Assembly (NCBI GenBank): GCA_902805635.1
Contig: CADCTC010000312.1
Coordinates: forward strand, 1,774-65,773
From: an uncultured Chloroflexota bacterium
GTDB taxonomy: Bacteria; Chloroflexota; UBA11872; UBA12225
Direction of reading: 5' to 3'
DNA: 64,000 bases
Shown here: in pieces, positions 63,948-64,000 of the stretch
How positions within the stretch are numbered: position 1 is the first letter of the stretch
How the letters are laid out: every line of letters starts with the position of its first letter
The notes under the pieces: generated by a model
What the model saw: the letters and a program-made list of their open reading frames with translations, nothing else
Databases searched by the model: none
What the model was told of the DNA's origin: nothing
Translations under genes and position numbers: made by a program

Positions 63948-64000
63948 GTTCCTGACGATCGTAGCGCCGGCCCCGGCGACCAACCGGTGTCGGCCAGCAA

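Overview
High-G+C bacterial chromosomal window (about two-thirds G+C by eye, not computed). It is densely packed, with roughly 60 protein genes and 6 tRNAs, mostly housekeeping. Gene content in order:
- ileS (5' partial), an ECF sigma factor with a DUF5667-type partner, holB, an FmdB zinc-ribbon gene, hisS-hisG-hisD.
- A minus-strand operon: FecR-like gene, acpS, nnr, pyrimidine-nucleoside phosphorylase, ychF.
- tRNA-Leu(TAA) on the plus strand, a lipid kinase, then a minus-strand array of five tRNAs (Leu-GAG, Val-TAC, Phe-GAA, Gly-GCC, Cys-GCA).
- A ~9 kb polysaccharide-assembly cluster (GT2, O-antigen-ligase-like, GT4, GT4-GT2 fusion, GT2, priming phosphotransferase).
- CIRCE-hrcA-grpE-dnaK-dnaJ, an SLT transglycosylase, ppk1, a SIMPL protein, a Ser/Thr kinase, cysS, a DtxR-family repressor.
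- An ABC-2 exporter plus FAD oxidoreductase, a large glycosidase-like hypothetical, a tandem GNAT, polA, a class-III aminotransferase, a VOC protein.
- A three-gene His-Asp phosphorelay, DedA and TM-helix membrane proteins, a coxM/coxS/coxL-like operon, a MoaD/CysO-like beta-grasp protein, an SDR epimerase and an MBL hydrolase.

I see no transposase, integrase, phage gene, CRISPR array or recognisable defence system. Composition looks uniform, so this reads as core genome rather than an island. Four-nucleotide start/stop overlaps (ATGA/GTGA) are frequent, which suggests many translationally coupled operons. The CIRCE/hrcA-grpE-dnaK-dnaJ layout with strong GGAGG-type ribosome-binding sites in a high-GC genome suggests a non-actinobacterial lineage, perhaps Chloroflexota/Thermomicrobia-like; this is inference only.

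Best second-look items:
1. A sequence matching my memory of the c-di-AMP (ydaO/kimA) riboswitch, directly upstream of a DedA gene and a TM-helix (MscS-related) gene.
2. A cox/xanthine-dehydrogenase-type operon whose large subunit carries an in-frame loss of roughly half the protein.
3. A CysO/MoaD-like sulfur-carrier protein with a 12-aa tail after its Gly-Gly motif, translationally coupled to an SDR enzyme.
4. Small unannotated ORFs with good expression signals.

I did not find a convincing, clearly novel multi-gene system. All family assignments come from motif recognition by eye, not from searches.
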